In this document: in pieces, positions 9,583 to 18,777 of the stretch
How positions within the stretch are numbered: position 1 is the first letter of the stretch
Layout of the letters: every line of letters begins with the position of its first letter
From: Cyanophyceae cyanobacterium
GTDB lineage: Bacteria; Cyanobacteriota; Cyanobacteriia; Cyanobacteriales; JBHJGN01
DNA: 64,000 nucleotides
NCBI GenBank assembly: GCA_050331735.1
Contig: JBHJGN010000039.1
Location: forward strand, 39,624-103,623
Reading direction: 5' to 3'
Notes under the pieces: model-generated
The model's input: only the letters and a program-made list of their open reading frames with translations
Told to the model about the DNA's origin: nothing
The model's database searches: none
Position numbers and translations under genes: made by a program

Positions 9583-11055
9583 ATGTTTGTGATTCAGCTT
9601 AAGCTTCGGAAAACCACTCTCATTGCCCTGGTGCTAGCCTTCCTGTTGGCGATCGCCGGGGTGGCCTATTACGGCTGGCAGGGCGTATATCGGCAAAAAC
9701 CGTTGACCGTCTACGAATCTCCCGAAGAGCATTTCAAATACGGCTCCATTGGTACTGAGTCCGTCAGCGGGATTCCGTTTTGGATTTGGGTCGTGTTACC
9801 CCGCCTGTTTCCAGAAAAACTACCGGGTCCGGGTGGCTACACTTCTTTAGGATTGACCTGGGAACCGGGTTACGAAATGCCCGTAGGGTTTACCAAAGAA
9901 ACTATCGGCGTTCCTCGGGTCGGCCTGAACTGTGCCGCCTGCCACGTCGGGACGCTTAGAAACACCGTCACTGAAAGTCCGACCTTTTTATTAGGCGCTC
10001 CCAGCACCACCTTCGACAGTCAGCGCTACGCCCGATTCCTCTTTGACTGCGCCAGCGATCCTCGCTTTAACGCCAACTTCATCCTGCCGGAGATCACCGA
10101 CAATATCCCTCTTTCTCTAGGAGAGAAGTTACTGTACCGCTTCGCCATCATTCCTGCCACCAAGCAAGCGCTGCTCAAACAGCGGGCCGCTTTGGCCTAC
10201 ATCGACAGTCAACCGGATTGGGGTCCAGGACGCACAGACATGAATCCCTTGAAAATAGGGGTCTTGGGTTTACCGAACGATGGTTCTGTTGGCAGTACCG
10301 ACGTGATGGCGGTTTGGAATGAAGCGGCTCATGCAGAATTTTACAAGCATAGCGATGGGTTGACCCCAGACCTACACGAATCGGTGTTGAGCAGTGCCTT
10401 GGGGACGGGAACAACTCTGCAAGCAGTGAATCTGGAGAGCTTGAAACGGGTTGAAAACTGGATGCGTCAGGCTACCCCACCCCCCTACCCTTACCCGATC
10501 GATGCAGACATGGCAGCACGAGGCAAAGTAGTATTTGAAAGTACTTGCGCCACTTGTCATAGTTACAGCGGTGCGCGAACCGGAACGGTGATTCCTCTAA
10601 GCGAAGTGAACACCGATCCTAACCGCGCCAACCACTGGACTCCAGAAGCGGCTGAGGGTTTTCGTCGTTATCCCAACGAAGAATCAGAGCTTTTTGCCAA
10701 CTTTCAGGACACCGATGGCTACACGGCAGTTCCTTTAGATGGGGTTTGGGCGCGATCGCCCTACCTCCATAACGGCTCTGTACCGACTCTAGCGGCATTA
10801 CTGACAGATCCGGCAGACCGTCCGCCGACGTTTTACCGCAGCTTTGACCTGTACGATCCGCAACAGGTCGGGTTCATCTCCAATGGAGAGGAGGCGCACA
10901 AATCCGGCTATCTGTTTGATACGCGCATAGTCGGCAACAGCAACCAGGGGCATTCCTACGGCACTGAACTTGAAGCTCGCGATCAGCAAGCCCTAATTGA
11001 GTATCTAAAAACTTTATCGGCCATCGGAAGAAAGCGCATCCCTAGCAAAGGCTAA
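9583..11055 (+). CDS. Membrane-anchored di-heme c-type cytochrome, RoxA/CcP-MauG-like (copy 2)
   Basis: N-terminal TM helix; CAACH and CATCH; LDGVWARSPYLHNGSVPTL; GNSNQGH; colinear with copy 1. Confidence 0.85.
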   Translation: MFVIQLKLRKTTLIALVLAFLLAIAGVAYYGWQGVYRQKPLTVYESPEEHFKYGSIGTESVSGIPFWIWVVLPRLFPEKLPGPGGYTSLGLTWEPGYEMPVGFTKETIGVPRVGLNCAACHVGTLRNTVTESPTFLLGAPSTTFDSQRYARFLFDCASDPRFNANFILPEITDNIPLSLGEKLLYRFAIIPATKQALLKQRAALAYIDSQPDWGPGRTDMNPLKIGVLGLPNDGSVGSTDVMAVWNEAAHAEFYKHSDGLTPDLHESVLSSALGTGTTLQAVNLESLKRVENWMRQATPPPYPYPIDADMAARGKVVFESTCATCHSYSGARTGTVIPLSEVNTDPNRANHWTPEAAEGFRRYPNEESELFANFQDTDGYTAVPLDGVWARSPYLHNGSVPTLAALLTDPADRPPTFYRSFDLYDPQQVGFISNGEEAHKSGYLFDTRIVGNSNQGHSYGTELEARDQQALIEYLKTLSAIGRKRIPSKG

Positions 11056-11107
11056 ACCCTTGACCCTTTCCCCCTTCCCCTTTCCCCTGACTAGCTACTG
11101 TATTACT

Positions 11108-12388
11108 TCACTGTTCACTGTTAAGAGTACCGCTGGCTTGTTCGACAAGATCGGCAGCGCGATCGACACCACCAGCACGGGCGATCGCCTGCTGCATCTG
11201 CTTGGCCTGCTCGCGGTAAGTGCGATCGCTCAACACCTGCTGAACGGCACTCCGCAGTACTGGAACGCTCAACTGAGCGAGAGGCACGGCGACTCCCGCT
11301 CCCGTTCTAGCTAGACGAGCGGCAATTCCGGGTTGTTCGCTGGTAATGGGAATCGCCACTAGCGGCACTCCACGACTCAATGCGCCGAGAACGGTATTCA
11401 TGCCGGCATGAGTAATAACGAGACTGGCCTTTTCAATCAACTGTTGATGAGGGGCATAGGGGACAACCAGCGGCTCTCCAGGGAGAGCTGGTTCTGGCTT
11501 TTGTCGCTGGGGATCTCCGAGAGAAATGACTAGTTGGGCCTCTACATCGGCACACGCGGTGGCAATTGTCTCAAAGATCGACCAGTTTTGATTTTGGAGC
11601 GTTCCCAGAGAAGCGTAAATCAGCGTCTCTGTCAGTTTATGCCAGGGGAAAGCCAGAGATGAGTCAGAAACGGGTTCTCTGCCCGATGGTTCCTGTAACG
11701 GACCCGTATAGTGAAAGTGGTGTGGGAGTTTCTCTCTGGGGAAATCAAACTCTGAGGGAAGCTGGCAGATTTGTAAGAGCGGCGAATACAGAGCGTTAGG
11801 ATTGCGGTACGGCGGCAGATGCCACTCTTGGCGCTGCTGATTAATTACCGTGAGGATTGGCTGACGCAGGCGGGCAATTAACAAATTACCCAGGCGGTTA
11901 CGCCAGTGCGCCCAAGGAGTAGAGCGATACTGCCAGTGGGTAAAGTAGGGAGGAACTCCGGGTTCTCGATTTGTCAACAGGGCATTGCAGACGGTGATAA
12001 AGGGAAGATTTAACCGTTCGGCAATGCTTCCTCCTGCCAGAGTAATCTGATCGACCAGCAACGCCTCCACGCCTGCCGATGTTAAAGCCGTTGGCGCTTC
12101 CTGAAACAGCATAACGGTTTCCTGGCGCAGCCAATCGATGATAAATTTGAGTCCGGCTACGCCGCTTAACTGGCCCAACTGCTTGTATCTTTGCTCGACA
12201 GAGCCAGCCGGAAATGCCGCTTCTCCCAGCAGGCAAAAATTCAGGCCAGCATTTTTTACCTTTGGCTCTACGTCTGGCACTCCCAAGAGCGTCACCGTGT
12301 GTCCGCGCCTCTGCAATTCCCGACCCAAAGCGCACATAGGATTAAGATGGCCAATAGCTGGAGGACAGAGAATGCCGAAGCGAGTCAT
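11108..12388 (-). CDS. GT1/MGT-family glycosyltransferase (CrtX-like)
   Basis: MTRFGILCPPAIGHLNPM; YASLGTLQ; ITHAGMNT...EQPG UDP-sugar signature. Start moved to ATG 12388. Confidence 0.9.
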   Translation of the reverse strand: MTRFGILCPPAIGHLNPMCALGRELQRRGHTVTLLGVPDVEPKVKNAGLNFCLLGEAAFPAGSVEQRYKQLGQLSGVAGLKFIIDWLRQETVMLFQEAPTALTSAGVEALLVDQITLAGGSIAERLNLPFITVCNALLTNREPGVPPYFTHWQYRSTPWAHWRNRLGNLLIARLRQPILTVINQQRQEWHLPPYRNPNALYSPLLQICQLPSEFDFPREKLPHHFHYTGPLQEPSGREPVSDSSLAFPWHKLTETLIYASLGTLQNQNWSIFETIATACADVEAQLVISLGDPQRQKPEPALPGEPLVVPYAPHQQLIEKASLVITHAGMNTVLGALSRGVPLVAIPITSEQPGIAARLARTGAGVAVPLAQLSVPVLRSAVQQVLSDRTYREQAKQMQQAIARAGGVDRAADLVEQASGTLNSEQ

Positions 12389-12573
12389 GAGCAGTAAGAG
12401 CGAGAACAAAGAATGCTGAGAACAGCAGCACAGATTACTCTGGTTTATGGATCTAAGTATAGAGGAATAGACGTTACCGAGCCTAATTTTTTAAACATCC
12501 CTGGCTACTTCAGCGAGAGCAACCTTACTGAGGTGATGCTTAACATTTGAGCCATTCCGCTGTTTTCACGCTC

Positions 12574-12750
12574 TTACAGTTCTCGTTCTTTCTTTTCTTG
12601 ATCTTGCTGAATTTTATAAGGAGGATTCGCTACATAATTTCCATAGTAGAGACTAAACTGCCAAAATCTTTGCAGAAAGTGCAGAGCTTTATCTTTGATG
12701 CTAGTTTGTTTCTGAAGTGGATAGTGTAATTTAGAACTTGTTCTCAGCAT
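12574..12750 (-). CDS. Small hypothetical protein (58 aa), possible truncated paralog of 12885..13175
   Basis: GAGGAG before ATG 12750; LQRFWQFSL..PYKIQQ weakly resembles LNALWQALL..EPRVWQ. Confidence 0.45.
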   Translation of the reverse strand: MLRTSSKLHYPLQKQTSIKDKALHFLQRFWQFSLYYGNYVANPPYKIQQDQEKKEREL

Positions 12751-12884
12751 TTGTTTTCTCCTCGTTTGTTTGGTTGGATTAATTGAAGCAAACACTAACT
12801 TGGTAGCAATCGAATGTCTAACTTTGAAAAAAGAATAGTTCGTTCAGGTAAAGTCTTTTTCCGGCTTGAAGTACAAGGTTTTTC

Positions 12885-13175
12885 CTACAAATAGTAGCGC
12901 TCGTCAAACCAAATTCTGACCTCTTGCTCGGAACTAAAAGTTGCAGTGCAGCTAGTTGCCGGATCGTAAACAAACCAACGGGTGTTGCCCTGGCGATCGC
13001 ACTTTTGCCAAACCCTCGGCTCGTTACTTTTGACGGTAGCGTATAGCAAAGCCTGCCAAAGCGCATTCAACAGCCGACTATTTTTGAAGCCATTGACCGC
13101 TTGTTTAACAAGAGAGGCTTGGTTTTTCTCTGCTTCTGTTCTTGCAAGAGTTACAGGGACAATAGCATTTTTCAT
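12885..13175 (-). CDS. Conserved cyanobacterial hypothetical protein divergent from MocR regulator
   Basis: AGGAGG RBS; EPRVWQK.DR.G...W.VYDP.T.....F.SE.EVR.W...RYY pattern recalled from small cyanobacterial proteins. Confidence 0.8.
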   Translation of the reverse strand: MKNAIVPVTLARTEAEKNQASLVKQAVNGFKNSRLLNALWQALLYATVKSNEPRVWQKCDRQGNTRWFVYDPATSCTATFSSEQEVRIWFDERYYL

Positions 13176-13423
13176 TTCTACCTCCTTTTGAAATTTTTGC
13201 TCTTAAAAAGATTCAAGCATCATCTGATATTATTGTGAACTTGAAAGCTGTATCCACCTAAAGAAATAATTTTGTACTTATTCTTTTGCTGCTTTCAAAA
13301 CTTATATTTTTAGCTTAATGATTCGTAATGCAGGCTGCAAAGCAACTTGTTCATCTTCAAGATGAATAAAATTCATACATCGCTCTAGTTATTTTTGAAT
13401 CATCTATTACTACCGTCCTCTAA

Positions 13424-13525
13424 ACTGCCCAAAAAGAGAAGGTACAAAAGAAAAATCTTTTGCTAGTACAGTGACAAACTTCTTAAACTGTTCTAGATGA
13501 AATTAACCAAACTGTACCGGGCAGT
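13424..13525. promoter_or_regulatory. Candidate MocR/GntR operator array (ACTGYHC direct and inverted heptamers)
   Basis: ACTGCCC 13424, GTACAGT 13466, ACTGTTC 13487, ACTGTAC 13511, GGGCAGT 13519 in the divergent intergenic region. Confidence 0.55.
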
Positions 13526-13575
13526 GGCAGAGGCGATCGCTTACTATAGCGATTAGCTACCGGAGGAATACACCC

Positions 13576-15033
13576 GTGAGGATTCCGATTGACCGTCATG
13601 CCACCCAGCCAGTTTATCTGCAAATTCGTGATCGCCTCAGCCGTTTAATTAGATCGGGAGCGCTCAAAACCGGAGAGCGCCTGCCTTCCATTCGTGCCCT
13701 CGCCTCAAGCACTCAAGTCAACAAACTGACCGTTATTGAAGCCTACAGCGTTCTGGAAGCAGATGGCTTAATTCACGCTCGCAAAGGAGCAGGTTACTTC
13801 GTTAATCAAGAGATTGGAAATAGCCAACCTAAATCCAACTTTGCGCCAGCCCAAGAAGTGATTATTCCGCAGCAGCGCAGCCTGTCTTTCTACGATATGT
13901 ACCAGCTCTCGATGCAGGCTAAAAGCCAGCCGGGAATGATCAACTTCAATACCGGATTTCCCGTCTCCAGCGGCTTAGAAGACCTCCAGCGCCACGCTAG
14001 ACGAGCCATGAAACAGGTCAACCATGCGCTGTTTGACTACGACTTTCCCCAAGGACAGCTCGTACTGCGCCAGCAGATTGCGCAAATGCTCGTTCAAATT
14101 GGCCTGGTGGTTTCTCCTGAAGACTTAATTATTACTAACGGTTCCAAACAAGGGCTGTCTCTGGTGCTGAACTACTATCTTCAGCAAGGAGACTGGGTAA
14201 TTACGGAAAGTCCCTCCTATTACGGAGCCTTAGAAATTATTGAAGACATTGGAGCCAAAATTATTGGCATTCCCATGCAGGATTCGGGAATCAATCTAGA
14301 GCTTTTGGAGCAATATCTCCAGGAGTATCGCCCCAAGCTGATTTTCACCGTTACGACTTTACAGAACCCCACCGGAATTACCACCGGAATTACGCACCGC
14401 AAGCAACTATTAGCCTTAGCGCAAAAATATCGCTGTCTCATCCTAGAAGATAACGCTTACGAAGGCTTGAACTTTGACCCCGTACCTCCACCGATTAAAG
14501 CTCTCGACCGCAGCGATTCTGTGATCTATACGGGCACATTTTCTAAAACCCTCATGCCGGGTTTGCGGGTAGGATATTTAGTCGCCACCGGGAAGCATTA
14601 TCGTCCGCTAGTCGAGCAAAAATTACGGCACGATCTGCACGTTTCGACGGTTTCCCAGGCAATTGTGAGCGAGTACTTGGCCTCTGGACACTACCGCCAC
14701 CGCCTCAACTATTTACGAACCAGCAATCGACGCAGCCGCAATGCCATGCTCCAGGCTCTAGAACAGCATTTTCCCGCTGAGGCCACCTGGACCATTCCCA
14801 ATGGAGGTCTATTTCTATGGGTGCAGCTACCGCCCCAGGTGCAGATGATGGAGATTTGCCATCAGGCGATCGCCGAAAAGGTTCTCATCTATCCCGGTGT
14901 AGCCTTTTTCCCCGGACAAGGAGGTTACAACGCACTGCGCTTAAATTTCTCTCATCCCCCGGAAGTAATTGAGCGGGGCATTGCGATTTTGGGCCAGATT
15001 CTCAAGCAACATTTAATCAGAACTGCATCGTGA
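13576..15033 (+). CDS. MocR/GabR-type GntR regulator with PLP-dependent aminotransferase domain
   Basis: GntR wHTH (LPSIRALA...TVIEAYSVLEADGLI); QNPTG, EDNAY, TFSKTLMPGLRVGY. Confidence 0.95.
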   Translation: MRIPIDRHATQPVYLQIRDRLSRLIRSGALKTGERLPSIRALASSTQVNKLTVIEAYSVLEADGLIHARKGAGYFVNQEIGNSQPKSNFAPAQEVIIPQQRSLSFYDMYQLSMQAKSQPGMINFNTGFPVSSGLEDLQRHARRAMKQVNHALFDYDFPQGQLVLRQQIAQMLVQIGLVVSPEDLIITNGSKQGLSLVLNYYLQQGDWVITESPSYYGALEIIEDIGAKIIGIPMQDSGINLELLEQYLQEYRPKLIFTVTTLQNPTGITTGITHRKQLLALAQKYRCLILEDNAYEGLNFDPVPPPIKALDRSDSVIYTGTFSKTLMPGLRVGYLVATGKHYRPLVEQKLRHDLHVSTVSQAIVSEYLASGHYRHRLNYLRTSNRRSRNAMLQALEQHFPAEATWTIPNGGLFLWVQLPPQVQMMEICHQAIAEKVLIYPGVAFFPGQGGYNALRLNFSHPPEVIERGIAILGQILKQHLIRTAS

Positions 15034-15287
15034 GGCAGTAAGTTTAAACGTTTGTAAACTTTGCCGAGCTTGCATAAGCAACACCTCAAAAATCAGAGTT
15101 AAACACAGAAGCAATTGTTAAGCAAACATTGTTTATGGGGAATTTTATTGCTGAACTTTTATCTAGTCCAGCAGCAATAAAAGCCTTATATAGTTTGCCA
15201 GAAAATCTCCATCAACTTTCTGTTGCTATCAGAAAAAGAGCAATCCTTTTCTGTTGTTTACTAATGAATTTATTGAGGAAATTTTTC

Positions 15288-16970
15288 ATGACCCAACATG
15301 ATGTGCCAATGCGGGACTTTGAAGGTCGGCGGCAAGAAGCGCTCGTTAAACGGAAACAGACGCTCGACGATGCCTTCAATGCCTTTGTCACTTCGCCTCC
15401 CCCAACTAATGGAGACGAAGAACTCTTTAAGCAACTTGGCTTCCCAGGGTTTGCTTCCTTCACCAAAGCTCTCGCTCACAGTCCCATCGGACTCGTAGAG
15501 CAGTCGTCTTACGAGTCTCTGCTGACGGCTATTCAAGCGGAAACCCAGCAAACCTTCGAGAGCGTTCAGCTCGGTGGCGGAGTGCGCCTGCTTGTCAATC
15601 CGCTTAATGCTTACTCATTTCAGCTCATTGGCGACGACTCCAACGGCTCGCGCATGGCAGCAGCTCCCAAATTTGCTAGCCGCAACACAGCCGTTGATAT
15701 GGTCGAGCGCTACTGGATGGCGCTGTGCCGAGATATCCGCTTCGACCAATATAACAACAGCCCGCTGATCGCTGCTGCCTGCAAGGATCTCAACAACCTG
15801 GGGTTCGCGCAGGAATTTGGCTTCGAGTGCTCGCCGGACACCATCTTTCGAGGACCGTACGAGGGCTGCGATGTCGGACCGCACGTATCGCAGTTCCTGC
15901 TGCAAAATTTTCAGTTTGGCAATCAGCCGATTCAGCAGCTCCAGCGCTACCCCAGAGAAGGTCTCGATTACATGACAGATTTCGAGACCTGGAGCAAAGT
16001 GAACAACGGAGATATCGATCCAACGGGTTCCGACATCATCGACGGAACGCGCCACATCATCACGCTGCGGGATGCCGGACAATGGGTGCATATCGACTTT
16101 CCCCACCAGTCAGGTTTGTGGGCAACCATTATTCTCCTCGGACTGCGCACTCTGGGAGTGCAAATCTCGAATGCCAGTCCCTATGCCAATGGAGCCATCA
16201 CAACGGCTGAACCCTTTGGAAGTCTCGGCGGTCCAGACATTACCATTCACGCCGGACTGGCCGGGGTCTATGGCCTGAAACATGCATGGTTCCAAAAGTG
16301 GTGCGTCCATCGTCGTCTGCGGCCAGAAGTGTACGCGCAGCGCCTAGAGCTGTTCCGATGCGGAAAGCTGGGGTCATCGGGTAGCCCCTTGAATGATGAG
16401 AAATTCAATCATCTTTTCGGGGATGGTACAGACGTTTGGCGAAAAACCGAGGTGCTCGACCGCATCCTCGAACATAACAAACAGCAGAATGTGTCCCAGA
16501 GTCGTGGAGATCGAGAGGGGACTTGGCTCCTGCCGATGGCGTTCCCAGAAGGTTCTCCCACTCATCCTGCCTATCCCGGCGGTCATTCTGCCTTCGTCGC
16601 TGCGGCGGCCACGATCGCTAAAGCCTTTTTTGCCGACCGTGAGTTTCCCAATCCGAAAGTGCCTAGCGATAATGGCCAGAAACTCGTCGATTACGCGGGC
16701 CCAAAGCTGACCGTTCATGGCGAACTCAATAAACTGATTGCGAACGTCACGCTGTTCCGCGACGGAGCTGGTATGCACTGGCGGACGGACGGAACGGCCT
16801 CCGGTCCTAATGCTGGTGCTGCTCGTCCTGGTGTCGGCATCGAGACCGGCGGCAATCTCCTCGGCGAGAAAATGGCCGTCAGTATGCTGCGCGACCTCAA
16901 ATGCACCTATCGAGAAGAGGTCGGCCCCTTTAAGTTCCGGAGCATCAGCGGCAACCCGATCGCGATCTAA
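15288..16970 (+). CDS. Vanadium-dependent haloperoxidase (algal/cyanobacterial VBPO-like)
   Basis: WFQKWCVHRRLRPE, PEGSPTHPAYPGGH, RDGAGMHWRTD vanadate-site motifs; GAGG before ATG 15288. Confidence 0.9.
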   Translation: MTQHDVPMRDFEGRRQEALVKRKQTLDDAFNAFVTSPPPTNGDEELFKQLGFPGFASFTKALAHSPIGLVEQSSYESLLTAIQAETQQTFESVQLGGGVRLLVNPLNAYSFQLIGDDSNGSRMAAAPKFASRNTAVDMVERYWMALCRDIRFDQYNNSPLIAAACKDLNNLGFAQEFGFECSPDTIFRGPYEGCDVGPHVSQFLLQNFQFGNQPIQQLQRYPREGLDYMTDFETWSKVNNGDIDPTGSDIIDGTRHIITLRDAGQWVHIDFPHQSGLWATIILLGLRTLGVQISNASPYANGAITTAEPFGSLGGPDITIHAGLAGVYGLKHAWFQKWCVHRRLRPEVYAQRLELFRCGKLGSSGSPLNDEKFNHLFGDGTDVWRKTEVLDRILEHNKQQNVSQSRGDREGTWLLPMAFPEGSPTHPAYPGGHSAFVAAAATIAKAFFADREFPNPKVPSDNGQKLVDYAGPKLTVHGELNKLIANVTLFRDGAGMHWRTDGTASGPNAGAARPGVGIETGGNLLGEKMAVSMLRDLKCTYREEVGPFKFRSISGNPIAI

Positions 16971-17105
16971 TACCATTTACCGAAAGTAGTCAGATAGTTC
17001 CTTAAACTAACCAAGCATTGGAGGTTCAAGGGCAAAGAGCTGCTGTGCGTCCCTTTCCCCTTTCCCCCAACTCATCAAGTCTCCTATTACTTTTTCTAAT
17101 TGGTA
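16971..17105. mobile_element. MITE copy 1 (TACC...GGTA ends, TAA target duplication)
   Basis: Imperfect TIRs TACCATTTACCGAAAGTA / TACTTTTTCTAATTGGTA; TAA on both sides; nearly identical to 63859-64000. Confidence 0.85.
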
Positions 17106-17199
17106 TAAGAGCGAATGTAGCAGGCACGACGAAGGGAAGGGATGAGTGGGGGAAAGGGAGCTAGAGAACCGGGGCGGTCGAACCGCTAACTCCCGTCTC

Positions 17200-18117
17200 C
17201 TACAGCTCAATCGTTCCCTCACTCACCAGGACCGATTGACCACCCACCTGAACGGAGACAATTTCTCCGGCTCTTTTCTCTGCCTGGATATTGAGGATGC
17301 TGGGTCGGCCCATTTCAAAGCCCTGCTCTACAGTCCAGCGGAGCGTTCCGTCCGTCGCTGAGTGACGAACGCCTAAATATCCGGCAAAGGCTGTGGCAGC
17401 CGCTCCGGTGGCGGGATCTTCTTCAATTCCCATTGCCGGGGCAAACATGCGCGATCGCACATCGGACCCGTGACGCTCCGGGTCGAAGCAAAACACGTAT
17501 AGATGCGGTGCCCAAAAAGATTTTAAATGGTGATGCCACTGTTCGCGGTTGACCGCTGCTTGGCCGAGAGCCGTGCGATCGCGCACTGGCACAAATAGAA
17601 ACGGAACGCCACAGGAAACCGCTGCCAGACTCCATTCTCCAGTGAGGATGTTGTCTGATGTCAGCGAAAGCATTGAGGCTAAGGTAGCAGAATCCGGCGG
17701 TTGAGGACCAAATTCGGGCAGTTTAGCCGCTTTTAGAGCAGCAGATACAGGCTGGCCAGCCTGCGAACGAATGGTTACCTGAATTGGGCCCACTTCCTCT
17801 TCAAAAATGACCGTAGTTTGGTCTGCCGTTAGGGAAATTGCGCCAATAGTTGCTAAAACATGAGCCGTTCCGAGAGTCGGATGCCCAGCAAATGGTAGCT
17901 CTGTCCCCGGCGTAAAAATTCGGAGTCGCTTCGTATGGCGAGAATCTGCGGGCGGCAGCACAAACGCGGTTTCTGAAAGGTTAAATTCCTTGGCGAGCTT
18001 CTGCATTAGCTCATCATTAAGACCCTGGGCATCGGGAAATACGGCCAGCGGGTTGCCGCCAAAGATTGTGTTGGTAAATACGTCCGCCGTGTAAAACTGA
18101 TACTGCGTCATCGTCAC
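17200..18117 (-). CDS. PhzF-family isomerase/epimerase
   Basis: DVFT...[39 protein letters not shown]. Confidence 0.95.
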   Translation of the reverse strand: MTMTQYQFYTADVFTNTIFGGNPLAVFPDAQGLNDELMQKLAKEFNLSETAFVLPPADSRHTKRLRIFTPGTELPFAGHPTLGTAHVLATIGAISLTADQTTVIFEEEVGPIQVTIRSQAGQPVSAALKAAKLPEFGPQPPDSATLASMLSLTSDNILTGEWSLAAVSCGVPFLFVPVRDRTALGQAAVNREQWHHHLKSFWAPHLYVFCFDPERHGSDVRSRMFAPAMGIEEDPATGAAATAFAGYLGVRHSATDGTLRWTVEQGFEMGRPSILNIQAEKRAGEIVSVQVGGQSVLVSEGTIEL

Positions 18118-18137
18118 TTCCTTTTCGAGGCGCTAGC

Positions 18138-18566
18138 TTAAAAGCCCACAGGAAGCAGAGCTTTCTGTTTGGTTCCCTGAACAATGGTGCTCGCAGAATT
18201 AACAATGCCATTGGGCATAATTACCTTGCTGAGGTCAGCGCCGCCAAGCAAAGCACCGCTCAGATTGGCTCCCAATAAGTTAGCATAGCCCAATTCAGCC
18301 CCTCGGAGATCGGCTTCTGTCAGATTAGCACCGCGCAAATCGGCTCTGTACAGGTTGGCAACCGATAAATCGACGCCTTGTAGATGAGCCCGAGCAAGAT
18401 TCGCTTCAGCCAAATCAGCGCCTTCAAGCATCGCAAAACTAAGCTCGGCATGGCTTAGGTTAATCCCTGGCAATTCTACCCAGCTCAGGGTGCGATCGCT
18501 TAAATCAATGCCGATAAAGTGGCGTTCTCCGGCAGCATATCTTTTCAGCAGTTCTTGCGTTTCCAT
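18138..18566 (-). CDS. Pentapeptide repeat protein
   Basis: METQELLKRYAAGERHF followed by A(D/N)LxxA repeats, ending MPNG; GGAGG before ATG 18566. Confidence 0.9.
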   Translation of the reverse strand: METQELLKRYAAGERHFIGIDLSDRTLSWVELPGINLSHAELSFAMLEGADLAEANLARAHLQGVDLSVANLYRADLRGANLTEADLRGAELGYANLLGANLSGALLGGADLSKVIMPNGIVNSASTIVQGTKQKALLPVGF

Positions 18567-18777
18567 GCGTCCCTCCTTCTCGGTAGTCTTTAGAATAGAA
18601 GGCAATAGAGAGAAACTGGAGAAGATTAATCGGGAACGACTCTCCTCGTTGCGGCATGGCTGCATCGGAAATGTCGTTTGTGGTTAGTCGTCCAAAAGCT
18701 CGTTGTTCCATCCACCGGGTATCAGTAGGCATTCATCTCGTCCAAATAGAAACAAAACCTCATAAAAGCGAACCCCA

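Noticed and set aside
15129..15287. Longer TTG start for the haloperoxidase
   Set aside because: AT-rich extension without an RBS; ATG 15288 has GAGG upstream.
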